From an uncultured Armatimonadales bacterium (GTDB lineage Bacteria; Armatimonadota; Armatimonadia; Armatimonadales; Capsulimonadaceae), in assembly GCA_964251675.1 (NCBI GenBank), contig CAXUKS010000011.1:15177-79176 (forward strand): a DNA stretch of 64,000 bases. Direction: 5' to 3'. The notes below the pieces were generated by a model that had not been told where the DNA came from, searched no databases, and saw only the letters and a list, made by a program, of their open reading frames with translations. Below, one piece after another: positions 7,751 through 16,084 of this stretch (the stretch's first letter is position 1; every line of letters starts with the position of its first letter). The translations under genes and the position numbers were made by a program.

Positions 7751-9207
7751 ACACAACGCGACGGCAATTTCTGTGCGCGGGAGCCGCCCTCAGTGCGGGG
7801 CTGCTGACGGGCTGCCAGAGTTTGCAGCAGCGGCTGACCCGGCAAAGCCTGCCGCCGGATGCCCTGCCGCCCCGAACCGTCGCCAGTCTGCCCGCCGTGC
7901 GGCTGCTGAACCGGGCTGCTTATGGCCCGCGTCCCGGTGACATCGCTCTGGTGACGAAGCTGGGCATTCCCGCCTGGGTGGACGCCCAGCTTCAGCCGGA
8001 GACGCTGGCCGAGGACGCCGGGCTGCGGTGGCGTCTGCGGAGCCTGAGCGACTCCCTGAACCCGGACACGGGAACGCTGTTTGACGAAGACGACCAGCGG
8101 CTAATCGGGACGCTTCGGCAGGCGACGCTGCTCCGAGCGGTCTACAGCCGCCGCCAGCTTCAGGAGCGCATGGTGGAGTTCTGGACCGACCACTTTAATA
8201 TCTATGCGTTCAAAGGGCAGGGGCCTCAGCTTAAAGTCGCAGACGACGCACTGACTATCCGCTCCCACGCCCTGGGCCGCTTCCGGGACCTGCTGGGGGC
8301 CTCCGCGCATTCCGCCGCCATGCTGGGCTATCTGGACAACACGGCGAACCGGCGCGGCCTGCCCAACGAAAACTATGCGCGGGAGCTGATGGAGCTGCAC
8401 ACGCTGGGGGTTCACGGCGGGTACACGCAGCAGGATGTCCACGAAGCCGCCCGCTGCCTGTCCGGCTGGACGTATGACACGCACTGGCATCGGGGCCGGT
8501 TCCGCTTTGATGCCAGTGTGCATGACGACGGCGCAAAGCACGTTCTGGGCGTCACCTTCCCGGCAGGCGGCGGCCAAAAAGACGGCGAGCGGCTGCTGGA
8601 CCTGCTGGCGGCGCACCCGGCCACCGCCCGCCATCTGGCCGCGAAGCTTTGCCGCCACTTTCTGGGCGACGCCCCGCAGCCCTGGGTCAGCCGTCTGGCG
8701 GCGATTTATACTCAGAGTGGAGGCGACATCAAAGCCATGCTGCGGCCACTTCTCTTGTCCGAGGACTTACTTCACGCGGCCCCGCTGTTCAAGCGCCCCT
8801 ATGACTACGCCGTCAGCGCCCTGCGTTCCCTCGGCGCGGATACGGACGGTGGCGCGGGCGTGCAGGAGCATCTGGAAGCCATGGGGCAGCCGTCCTTTGG
8901 CTGGCCGATGCCGGATGGCTACCCCGAAAATCAGCAGTCGTGGACCGGGGCGATGGTTCCGCGCTGGAACTTTGCCCTGGCGCTGGCGGGCGGGGCGATT
9001 GAGAACACCGCGCTCGACACACCCGCGCTGTGCGAGGCGGCCCGGCATGCGGGCCTCAGCCCGCACGACGCCGTGCTGCATCTCGCGTTCGGTCCCTCGG
9101 CGGCAGAAGCGGGCGTGACGGACCTGCGCGGGCGGGCGTTGGAATACCCGGATGTGAGCGAGTTTGCTGCTCTGGTCCTGGCCTCGCCCGCATTCGCGTG
9201 GCGATAG
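7747..9207 (+). CDS. DUF1800 domain-containing protein (Tat-signal lipoprotein-like N-terminus)
   Basis: 486 aa. RRQFLCAGAALSAGLLTGC N-terminus. DUF1800-typical WTDHFNIY and RELMELHTLGVHGGYTQQDV segments. Confidence 0.85.
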   Translation: MNTTRRQFLCAGAALSAGLLTGCQSLQQRLTRQSLPPDALPPRTVASLPAVRLLNRAAYGPRPGDIALVTKLGIPAWVDAQLQPETLAEDAGLRWRLRSLSDSLNPDTGTLFDEDDQRLIGTLRQATLLRAVYSRRQLQERMVEFWTDHFNIYAFKGQGPQLKVADDALTIRSHALGRFRDLLGASAHSAAMLGYLDNTANRRGLPNENYARELMELHTLGVHGGYTQQDVHEAARCLSGWTYDTHWHRGRFRFDASVHDDGAKHVLGVTFPAGGGQKDGERLLDLLAAHPATARHLAAKLCRHFLGDAPQPWVSRLAAIYTQSGGDIKAMLRPLLLSEDLLHAAPLFKRPYDYAVSALRSLGADTDGGAGVQEHLEAMGQPSFGWPMPDGYPENQQSWTGAMVPRWNFALALAGGAIENTALDTPALCEAARHAGLSPHDAVLHLAFGPSAAEAGVTDLRGRALEYPDVSEFAALVLASPAFAWR

Positions 9208-9218
9208 GAGAGCTTTCT

Positions 9219-10469
9219 ATGAAAACAACAAGGCGCGGACTGTTTGCGCTCGGCGCACTCTCGGCTCTGGGCTGGGCCAGCGGCGCACGCGGGGCGCTGA
9301 GCGGGGTCAGCCTGACGCCCCATCGGGCCGGGCCGCCGGGAGACACTCTCATTTTCATTTTCCTGCGCGGCGGCGTCGACGGCCTGAGCGTGGTCGTACC
9401 GCATGGGGATGACGATTATTACCGTGCCCGGCCCACGCTGGCACTGGCCCGGCCCGGCGACCGGCAGGGCAAACCGGCGGAGCGGGTGCTGGATTTGGAC
9501 GGCTATTTCGGCCTGCACCCGGCCCTCGCGCCGCTGTGGCCGCTGCACGAGGCGGGGCATCTCGCCGTGGTTCATGCCTGCGGGTCGGGGGACACGACGC
9601 ACTCGCACTTTGAAGCAATGGCGACTGTAGAGCGCGGGGTGTCGCAGGGCGACGGCCCGGCCTCGGGCTGGCTGGCGCGGCATCTGGAGACCGCGCCCTG
9701 GGACAATCCCTCTCCCCTGCGGGCGGTGGCCCTGGGAAGCCTGCTGCCGCAGTCCCTGCGCGGGGAAAGTCGCGCCACGGCCCTGCAAACCACCGCTGAC
9801 CTGCGCCTGCGGTCGCCGTTTGCGGGCGGCACGGATAAGTTCACACGGTCACTTGCGGAGCTGTACGGGCGCGGCGCACTGGCTGAGGCGGGCGGAGAAG
9901 CCCTGTCGGTCCTGAAAACTCTCAGTGCCCTGCCGCCGCTCGGCACGCACAGCGCGTACCCGCCCAACGATCTCGGCGTGGGGCTGCGCCAGACGGCGCG
10001 GCTGATGAAAAGCGGCGTAGGGCTGGAAGCGGTCTGCCTTGACCATAACGGGTATGATACCCATGTTCTTCAGGGCGGAGCGCAGGGGGTGCTGGCCGGG
10101 CTGCTGGCAAGCCTTGCCTCCGGGCTGGCCGCCTTTGCCGCCGACCTCGGCCCGGCCCGGTGGGCGCGGACTACGGTGGTGGTGCTGTCGGAATTCGGGC
10201 GGCGCGTGCCGGAAAATAGTGGCCTCGGAACCGACCACGGCAGCGGCGGCGTCCTGCTTCTGCTGGGCGGGCGTGTCGCGGGCGGGCGGGTCCACGGACA
10301 CTGGCCCGGCTTGGCCGCCAGCAGTTTGGCCGGGCCGGGCGATCTCAAAGTAACAACCGACTACCGGGCCGTGCTGGCCGAAGTGATCACGCGGCGGCTG
10401 GGCAATCCGCACATGTCTGAGATTTTTCCGGGGCTGACGCAGCCCGCGCTGGGAGTGGTTCATGGCTGA
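9219..10469 (+). CDS. DUF1501 domain-containing protein (sulfatase/alkaline-phosphatase-like, Tat signal)
   Basis: Start at ATG 9219 (MKTTRRGLFALGALS) with ggag upstream. YDTH...SEFGRR..EN...GTDHG segments typical of DUF1501. Canonical partner of DUF1800. Confidence 0.85.
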   Translation: MKTTRRGLFALGALSALGWASGARGALSGVSLTPHRAGPPGDTLIFIFLRGGVDGLSVVVPHGDDDYYRARPTLALARPGDRQGKPAERVLDLDGYFGLHPALAPLWPLHEAGHLAVVHACGSGDTTHSHFEAMATVERGVSQGDGPASGWLARHLETAPWDNPSPLRAVALGSLLPQSLRGESRATALQTTADLRLRSPFAGGTDKFTRSLAELYGRGALAEAGGEALSVLKTLSALPPLGTHSAYPPNDLGVGLRQTARLMKSGVGLEAVCLDHNGYDTHVLQGGAQGVLAGLLASLASGLAAFAADLGPARWARTTVVVLSEFGRRVPENSGLGTDHGSGGVLLLLGGRVAGGRVHGHWPGLAASSLAGPGDLKVTTDYRAVLAEVITRRLGNPHMSEIFPGLTQPALGVVHG

Positions 10470-10530
10470 TCTGGCAGCAATTTCATACGGCCTGCGCCGG
10501 ACGGCATCGGCGTGGGGAGGAGCAGCGGCC

Positions 10531-11088
10531 ATGCAGACCAGCGATGAGGCGCTGGCCGAGTGCGTGCGGGCCACCGGCGACACCGCCGCGTTCAGCGTTC
10601 TGGTGACCCGCTACCGCGCCCGTGTGACGGCCCTCGCCCGCCGGATGCTGACTGCTTCGGGCGCCGAGGAAGCGGAAGACGTGGCCCAGGAAACCTTCGT
10701 GGCCGCGTTTGCAGGCCGGGCGGGCTTCCGGCGCGGCGAGCCGTTCCGGCCCTGGCTGTACCGGATTGCCGTCAATCGCTGCCTGGACCGGCTCCGTGCC
10801 CAGACCCGGCGGCCTCTTTCGCTGGACATCCGCGCCGTGCCCGAGCCTGCTTCCTCAGAAGCGGACCCGCTCACTGCTTTGCTGACCGGCGAAGGCCAGC
10901 GTCGCCTGTCGGACGCTGTGGCCGCATTGCCGCCGCGAATGCGGGCGGTGTTCGTGCTGCGCTTTTTGGATGACCTGTCTTATACCGAAATCGCGTCTGC
11001 CACCGGCCTGCCGCTGGGAACCGTGAAAACGCATCTGTCCCGCGCCCGCGCCCTCCTGCGGGCCGCGCTTGCGGACGAGGAAGAGTGA
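10531..11088 (+). CDS. ECF-type RNA polymerase sigma-70 family factor
   Basis: Region 2 (FSVLVTRYRARV...AEDVAQETFV) and region 4 HTH (LSYTEIASATGLPLGTVKTHLSRAR). The ATG at 10531 has GGGGAGGAG upstream. An alternative ATG at 10462 overlaps the DUF1501 stop. Confidence 0.85.
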   Translation: MQTSDEALAECVRATGDTAAFSVLVTRYRARVTALARRMLTASGAEEAEDVAQETFVAAFAGRAGFRRGEPFRPWLYRIAVNRCLDRLRAQTRRPLSLDIRAVPEPASSEADPLTALLTGEGQRRLSDAVAALPPRMRAVFVLRFLDDLSYTEIASATGLPLGTVKTHLSRARALLRAALADEEE

Positions 11089-11639
11089 TGCCCCATCCCC
11101 TGAACTGCTCCGTCGCCCGCGCCTGCATGGATCGAGCTTCGGACGACGGCTTGTCGGCCCCCGATCAGGCACGCCTCGAAGCGCATCTGGCGTTGTGCGA
11201 ACTGTGCCGCCAGGAGTGGGCCACGCAGGTCCGGCTTGATCGGGCCGCCCGGCGCTGGGCCGCGCCTGCCTCCGAAGATGACCCCGGCGCGGCGTTCAAC
11301 GCGCAGGTGCTGGCCCGGATTGCGGCCCTCCCGGCGGCGCGTCCCCCGCTCTGGCTGCCGCTGGCAGTGGCCCTCGCACTGGGGCTTTTGCTGACGTTCC
11401 TGCCTGCAGCAGCGCGGCCCGATCTGGGCTGGCTGACGGCCTCCGCCCGACTCCTGCCAGGCTGGCTGGCAGCGAACCTGTCCGGGCTGCCCGGCGACGC
11501 TGTCGGGCTGCTGACGGCAGGCAGCGGTCACGCGCTTCCCGCCGTCTGGATCTGGGGCATATTAACCGCCGCTGCGCTGACAAACGGCCTGTTTTGCGTG
11601 CGTGCGGCCCGGTCTCAGGCACGGAGGGCACTGCCATAA
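11088..11639 (+). CDS. anti-sigma factor (zf-HC2 type, one TM)
   Basis: Start overlaps the sigma stop (TGATG). N-terminal C..C...H...C..C pattern (HLALCELCRQEW) followed by a membrane segment. Confidence 0.7.
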   Translation: MPHPLNCSVARACMDRASDDGLSAPDQARLEAHLALCELCRQEWATQVRLDRAARRWAAPASEDDPGAAFNAQVLARIAALPAARPPLWLPLAVALALGLLLTFLPAAARPDLGWLTASARLLPGWLAANLSGLPGDAVGLLTAGSGHALPAVWIWGILTAAALTNGLFCVRAARSQARRALP

Positions 11640-12148
11640 CCCAGAACGACCCTGGACGGCTCTTTCTCATTGGCCCCTTGCTGGTGCTGTTTCTGATTGC
11701 CTGTCTGGCGGCGCTGGCCCTGCTGGCCGCGCTGCTGGGGCGCGTCCCGGCGGGCCTGCACGGCGGCGAGCGTGCCGCTGCCCGTTTGGAGCGCGGGGGA
11801 GCGGCCCTGCCGCTCTGGGGGCTGGCCGCCGCGCTGTTCGGGCTGGCGCTGGCCGCCGTGCTGGTCAACATCCACCCGATTGCCCTGCTCGGAATGCTGG
11901 TGTTTGCGGCAATGCTGTGTCTGGGCGCTCTGGGGCTGGGGGTGGCCGCGCAGTCGCTGGGCGGCAGGCTGGGCAATGCGGCGGAAGAGCCAGAGGCGTT
12001 CACGGCTTTGCGGCGCGGCCTGTGGGTGCTGCTCCTGAGCGCCGCCGTTCCCTTTGCCGGCTGGCTGCTTGTCCTGCTGGCTCTGGCGGCAGGCATCGGC
12101 GCGGTGCTGGACACCCTGATCACGCGCAGGCAAGAACCCAACTTGTAG
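11594..12148 (+). CDS. polytopic membrane protein P2 (paralog of 7226..7750); start uncertain
   Basis: 184-aa ORF from TTG 11594, overlapping the anti-sigma gene. Four hydrophobic segments, colinear with P1. Confidence 0.55.
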   Translation: MRACGPVSGTEGTAITQNDPGRLFLIGPLLVLFLIACLAALALLAALLGRVPAGLHGGERAAARLERGGAALPLWGLAAALFGLALAAVLVNIHPIALLGMLVFAAMLCLGALGLGVAAQSLGGRLGNAAEEPEAFTALRRGLWVLLLSAAVPFAGWLLVLLALAAGIGAVLDTLITRRQEPNL

Positions 12149-12230
12149 GGGCGCTGCTTGCTGCGCCCTCTTATCTCTTCCGTATTTATCTGGCTCCCCC
12201 AGAATTGGGGGCGGGGGGCGATCCGGGGCT
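12145..12230. repeat. mosaic of short hairpin modules X (taggggcgctgcttgctgcgccc) and Z (ctcccccagaattgggggcgggggg)
   Basis: Module X recurs at 24046. Module Z recurs at 18134 and 23085. Confidence 0.7.
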
Positions 12231-13034
12231 TCAGTCTTTCATCCTGAACAAAGCGTGGGCCGTGGCCGTGGTAGCCTGCGCGACTTCCTCCACCGTCAGC
12301 CCCTTCGCCCCCGCGACGATTTCGGCGACGGCGGGCAGGTACGACGGCTCGTTGCGCTTGCCGCGCCGGAACTGCGGGGCCAGATACGGACAGTCCGTTT
12401 CCAGCAGCAGCCGCTCCAGTGGGGCAAACGCCACGGCGGCCCGCACGTCCTCGGACTTTTTGAACGTCGCCACGCCCCCGATGCCCAGATAACAGCCCGC
12501 GTCCAGGCAGAGCCGCGCCGTCTCGGTATCTCCCGTAAAGCAGTGCATCACCACCGGGTTCGGCGCGTGGGCGTCTTGCAGCACGGCCAGCGTGTCGGCC
12601 AGCGCCTCGCGGGTGTGGATAATCAGCGGCAGGGTGGGGGACAGAACTGCGGCAAAGGCAATCTGCGCGGCGAAGACTTCCTGCTGACGCGCACGCGGCA
12701 CACTTTCCCAGTGGTAGTCTAATCCGATTTCCCCGTAAGCCGTTACTTTTCCCGCACTGCCCGCGTATAACCCTGTGAGTTCCTGCGCGGCCTCTTCACC
12801 CCATTCATCGGCAGACTCCGGGTGAATGCCAACGGCGGCGTATATCCCGCTGTCGCTGCCCGCCAGCTCTGCCGCCCGGCGGCTGCTCGCCAAATCCCAC
12901 GCGATGCACATCAGGCGCGTGACTCCTGCCGCCTCCGCCCGCGCCCGCACTTCGGGCAAGTCAGCAGCATAGGCGTCGTGGTTGAGGTGGCAGTGTGTGT
13001 CTACAAGTTGTATCATAGGGATAGTATACTTCAA
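12231..13034 (-). CDS. TatD family metal-dependent hydrolase/DNase
   Basis: 267 aa. N-terminal VDTHCHL, and the internal H and D metal ligands of the TatD fold. Confidence 0.88.
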   Translation of the reverse strand: MKYTIPMIQLVDTHCHLNHDAYAADLPEVRARAEAAGVTRLMCIAWDLASSRRAAELAGSDSGIYAAVGIHPESADEWGEEAAQELTGLYAGSAGKVTAYGEIGLDYHWESVPRARQQEVFAAQIAFAAVLSPTLPLIIHTREALADTLAVLQDAHAPNPVVMHCFTGDTETARLCLDAGCYLGIGGVATFKKSEDVRAAVAFAPLERLLLETDCPYLAPQFRRGKRNEPSYLPAVAEIVAGAKGLTVEEVAQATTATAHALFRMKD

Positions 13035-13060
13035 GGGCGAGCGGCTGCTTCCTTATTTCC

Positions 13061-13106
13061 TTCGTCCGAAGGACGCCTTCTCTAGCGAGGGATTTTCAAT
13101 CCCTCG
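13061..13106. repeat. single arm of family B repeat
   Basis: ttcgtccgaaggacgccttctctagcgagggattttcaatccctcg. Same arm as at 39391..39436 and 62771..62814. Confidence 0.75.
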
Positions 13107-13123
13107 GAACTCGCCGGCTTTTA

Positions 13124-13132
13124 TGCTATACT
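13124..13132 (+). promoter_or_regulatory. candidate extended -10 promoter (TGCTATACT) for steA-like operon
   Basis: TGnTATACT lies 10 nt upstream of the GTG start at 13142, in otherwise GC-rich DNA. That spacing would leave almost no 5' leader. The same TGCTATAAT-type motif precedes metH. Confidence 0.35.
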
Positions 13133-13141
13133 TTAAACAGG

Positions 13142-14302
13142 GTGTACCAAAAGAAAGCCACAACAGGAGAAGCCGCCGCCGGGCCGGGGCTGCGCGGACG
13201 CGCCCGCGCTGACCGGCGCACCAAAGCCCTCGCCAAGCGCCTCAAGCCCGGCGACATCGCGGTGATTGACCACGCAGACCTAGATGCGCTGGCCGCGCAT
13301 TCGCTGGCTGAGGCCAGGGTGGCCGCCGTCATCAATGCCCAGCCCTTTGTCAGCGGCAAATATCCCAATCGCGGCCCGGCGGTGCTTGCCAATGCCCATG
13401 TGCCGCTGTTTCAAATGGCCGAGCCAGGGCACTTTGGCCGCGTCCGCGACGGTGCCGCGCTGACAATTGGCACAAATGGGGCGCTGTTTCAGGACGGCAA
13501 GTGTGTGGATGCCCTGACCCGCTGGGACGAAGCCCGGCTGACTGAAGAAACCGCATTGGCGCGGGCCAATCTGGGCGCGGAGCTGGAGAAATTCGCCCGC
13601 AACACGCTGCAGTATCTAGACGCTGACAAGGACCTGCTGCTGGACCCCACCGATGTGCCCGCCCTGCGCCGGGTGAAGATGGCCGGACGGCACGCGCTGG
13701 TCGTCGTGCGCGGCGAAGGCTACAAGGAAGACCTGGGGATGCTGCGCGGCTACCTGCATGATCTGCGGCCTGCCGTGATTGCCGTGGACGGCGGTGCGGA
13801 CGCGCTGCTGGAAATCGGGCAGCGCCCGGACATCATTCTGGGCGACATGGACAGCGTCTCCGACGATGCCCTGCGTTGCGGGGCGCAGCTCATCGTTCAT
13901 GCCTACAAAAACGGCCATGCACCGGGGCTGGAACGGGTGCAGGCGCTCGGTTTGGACGCCGATTTATTTGCCATTCCCGGAACCAGTGAAGACGCGGCCC
14001 TGCTGCTGGCCTATGAACACGGCGCGGCCTTGATTGTCGCGCTGGGCACGCACTCCAATTTAGAAGACTTTCTGGACAAAGGCCGGGCAGGCATGGCAAG
14101 CACGTTTCTGGTGCGCCTGAAAGTCGGCGGGCGGCTGATGGATGCGCGGGGTGTGGACAAAATCTACCAGCCCAAGCCGCCGTTCGGCTACTTTGTCGCC
14201 CTGCTCCTGTGCATCTTGTTTCCGTTCGTCGCTGTGCTGGCTTATTCGCCCACCTGGCGCAACATGGTGGATCTAGCCCGCCTCTGGTGGCGGCTGCATT
14301 AA
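13142..14302 (+). CDS. steA: SteA-like putative cytokinetic ring protein
   Basis: 386 aa. RRTKALAKRLKPGDIAVIDHADLD N-terminus, a thiamine-pyrophosphokinase-like central domain (DIILGDMDSV) and a C-terminal TM helix. This matches the actinobacterial SteA layout. Confidence 0.75.
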   Translation: MYQKKATTGEAAAGPGLRGRARADRRTKALAKRLKPGDIAVIDHADLDALAAHSLAEARVAAVINAQPFVSGKYPNRGPAVLANAHVPLFQMAEPGHFGRVRDGAALTIGTNGALFQDGKCVDALTRWDEARLTEETALARANLGAELEKFARNTLQYLDADKDLLLDPTDVPALRRVKMAGRHALVVVRGEGYKEDLGMLRGYLHDLRPAVIAVDGGADALLEIGQRPDIILGDMDSVSDDALRCGAQLIVHAYKNGHAPGLERVQALGLDADLFAIPGTSEDAALLLAYEHGAALIVALGTHSNLEDFLDKGRAGMASTFLVRLKVGGRLMDARGVDKIYQPKPPFGYFVALLLCILFPFVAVLAYSPTWRNMVDLARLWWRLH

Positions 14303-14323
14303 CCGTAAGCATCTCCTGAACTT

Positions 14324-15199
14324 ATGCTTGACTTTCGCTACCACATCTTTTATCTCGGCCTGATGTTTCTGATGCTGGGCTTTGGCGTCTTTATCGGGGC
14401 CTCGCTGACCGGCCCCGCGCTGGCACGGCGGCAGACGGACGCCATCAAGACCCTGCGCGGGGAGGCCAATCAGGTGGTGCAGGAGCGCGACCAGACCCGT
14501 GACCGCGTCCAAAAAGATGAGGAAGGGCTGAACGCCCTGCGGCCCGCCCTGGTGAAAGGGCTTCTCAAAGGCCGGCACATTGTCGTTATCCAGACCGGTG
14601 ACTATTCCGATGCCACCGAAGCCGCCAGCAGCGCCCTCAGCGATGCCGGGGCGACCGTGACGGCCACGGTGGTGCTGCCCGACAAATGGGAGGCCCTCAG
14701 TCCGGGCCAGCGGGCGATCCTGGCGCAGACGACGGGTGCAGATGCCGACCCTGCTGCCCTGCAAGCGGCCCTCCTGCAAAACCTCGCCACCACGCTGGTT
14801 CACGGGACGGCCGCCGGGCGCGGGGCCGCCGTCCTGCCCGCGCTGCAAACTCAGGGCCTGATGATGATTTCCGGTGATATTTCTGCGCCCTGCGCGCTCT
14901 TTGTTCTGGTCGGCGGGCACACCGACGACGGCAGCGGGCTGGACGCCGCACTCTTGAACGGCTTCGCCGCGCTGACTCCCCGCGTAACCCTGGCAGGCTG
15001 TGAGCCGTACACGGCGGTGGTCTCTTCAGTTCCGGCGTTCCAGGCGGCAGACGTCTCTACGGTGGACTGCGTGGACCTGCCGCTCGGGCAGATTGCGCTG
15101 CCGCTGGTTTTGCAGGGGGACCGGGGCGACTTTGGCCTGAAGTCAACGGCGGACCGGACCCTGCCCGCTCTCCCGGAAACCGGAACGGCGATGCCATGA
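14324..15199 (+). CDS. MctB-like copper-transporter family protein (PF11382-like)
   Basis: N-terminus MLDFRYHIFYLGLMFLMLGFGVFIG and GRHIVVIQTGD....A......AGATVTATVVL are colinear with Rv1698/MctB-family proteins. Confidence 0.7.
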   Translation: MLDFRYHIFYLGLMFLMLGFGVFIGASLTGPALARRQTDAIKTLRGEANQVVQERDQTRDRVQKDEEGLNALRPALVKGLLKGRHIVVIQTGDYSDATEAASSALSDAGATVTATVVLPDKWEALSPGQRAILAQTTGADADPAALQAALLQNLATTLVHGTAAGRGAAVLPALQTQGLMMISGDISAPCALFVLVGGHTDDGSGLDAALLNGFAALTPRVTLAGCEPYTAVVSSVPAFQAADVSTVDCVDLPLGQIALPLVLQGDRGDFGLKSTADRTLPALPETGTAMP

Positions 15200-15903
15200 C
15201 CGACACCCCGCCCCGCATCTGCGCCCTGCTGCCCGCCTACAATGAAGCCGACCGCATTGGCGTCACCATCGCCGCCCTGTTGGCGCGGCCCGAAATCGGC
15301 GAAATTATCGTGGCCGACGACGGCTCCGCCGACGGCACAGCAGAGATTGCCCGCCGTGCCGGGGCCGCGCACGTTCTGACCGGCCAGAACGGCGGCAAAG
15401 GGGCGGCGCTGGCGCTGGCCTACGCTTACGCCCGTGACCGGGCCGACCTCTTTCTGCTGCTGGACGGAGATTTAGGCGCGTCGGCGGGCGAGGCCGTCAA
15501 GCTGCTCCCTGCGGTTTTGGCCGGGACAGCCGACATGACCGTGGGCCTGCTGCCGCCTGACCCGGCGTTTGCCGCGACCGGGCAGTCCGGCGGGCGCGGC
15601 TTCGTGGTGCGTCTCGCCCGGTGGGGCATTCGGCGGCGCACCGGGCAGACCTTCACGCAGCCGCTGTCCGGGCAGCGGGCCGTGCGGCGCGAGGTTTTGG
15701 AAGCACTCGGCGGCACATTTGCGTCAGGCTTCGGGGTGGAAGTCGAGCTGACCGTCCGTGCCCTCCGGGCAGGCTTTCGGGTGCTGGAAGTCCCCACCGA
15801 GTTCCGGCACAAAGTCACCGGCGGCGACTGGGCCAGCGTCCGCCACCGCGCCCGCCAGTTCCGGGACGTCCTGCGGGTGGTGCTGACTTCAGGCGGAGGC
15901 TGA
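15196..15903 (+). CDS. family 2 glycosyltransferase
   Basis: Start overlaps the previous stop (ATGA). LPAYNEADRIG...ADDGSADGT...DGD motifs of the GT-A fold. Confidence 0.85.
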   Translation: MTDTPPRICALLPAYNEADRIGVTIAALLARPEIGEIIVADDGSADGTAEIARRAGAAHVLTGQNGGKGAALALAYAYARDRADLFLLLDGDLGASAGEAVKLLPAVLAGTADMTVGLLPPDPAFAATGQSGGRGFVVRLARWGIRRRTGQTFTQPLSGQRAVRREVLEALGGTFASGFGVEVELTVRALRAGFRVLEVPTEFRHKVTGGDWASVRHRARQFRDVLRVVLTSGGG

Positions 15904-15920
15904 CCATCAGAACGGCTGTG

Positions 15921-16053
15921 CGAGAGGTTAAAACCCCTCGCTATGAGGCGCTTCGCGCCGGGCGGCCATTCGGACAACACACGCAGCCTCCCGCATCCTA
16001 GTCTTATGGCTTCCCGGCGTCTGCGCCTTCCAGCGAGGGGTTTTAACCCCTCG
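15921..16053. repeat. miniature inverted-repeat element, family B variant
   Basis: cgagaggttaaaacccctcgctatgaggcgcttcgcgccggg, and inverted ccggcgtctgcgccttccagcgaggggttttaacccctcg. The right arm is flanked by 16-bp direct repeats. Confidence 0.75.
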
Positions 16054-16084
16054 TCCTTATGGCTTCCTGGCCTTTGAAACAATT

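Noticed and set aside
7191-7845. Long minus-strand ORFs (187-215 aa) antisense to the P1 membrane protein and DUF1800 genes. Similar Arg/Pro/Ala-rich shadow ORFs occur at 8931..9788, 9849..10583, 11296..12141 and 10980..11531.
   Set aside because: The Arg/Pro/Ala-rich composition is typical of antisense frames in high-GC DNA. There are no SD sequences. Each is fully overlapped by a sense gene with clear family signatures.
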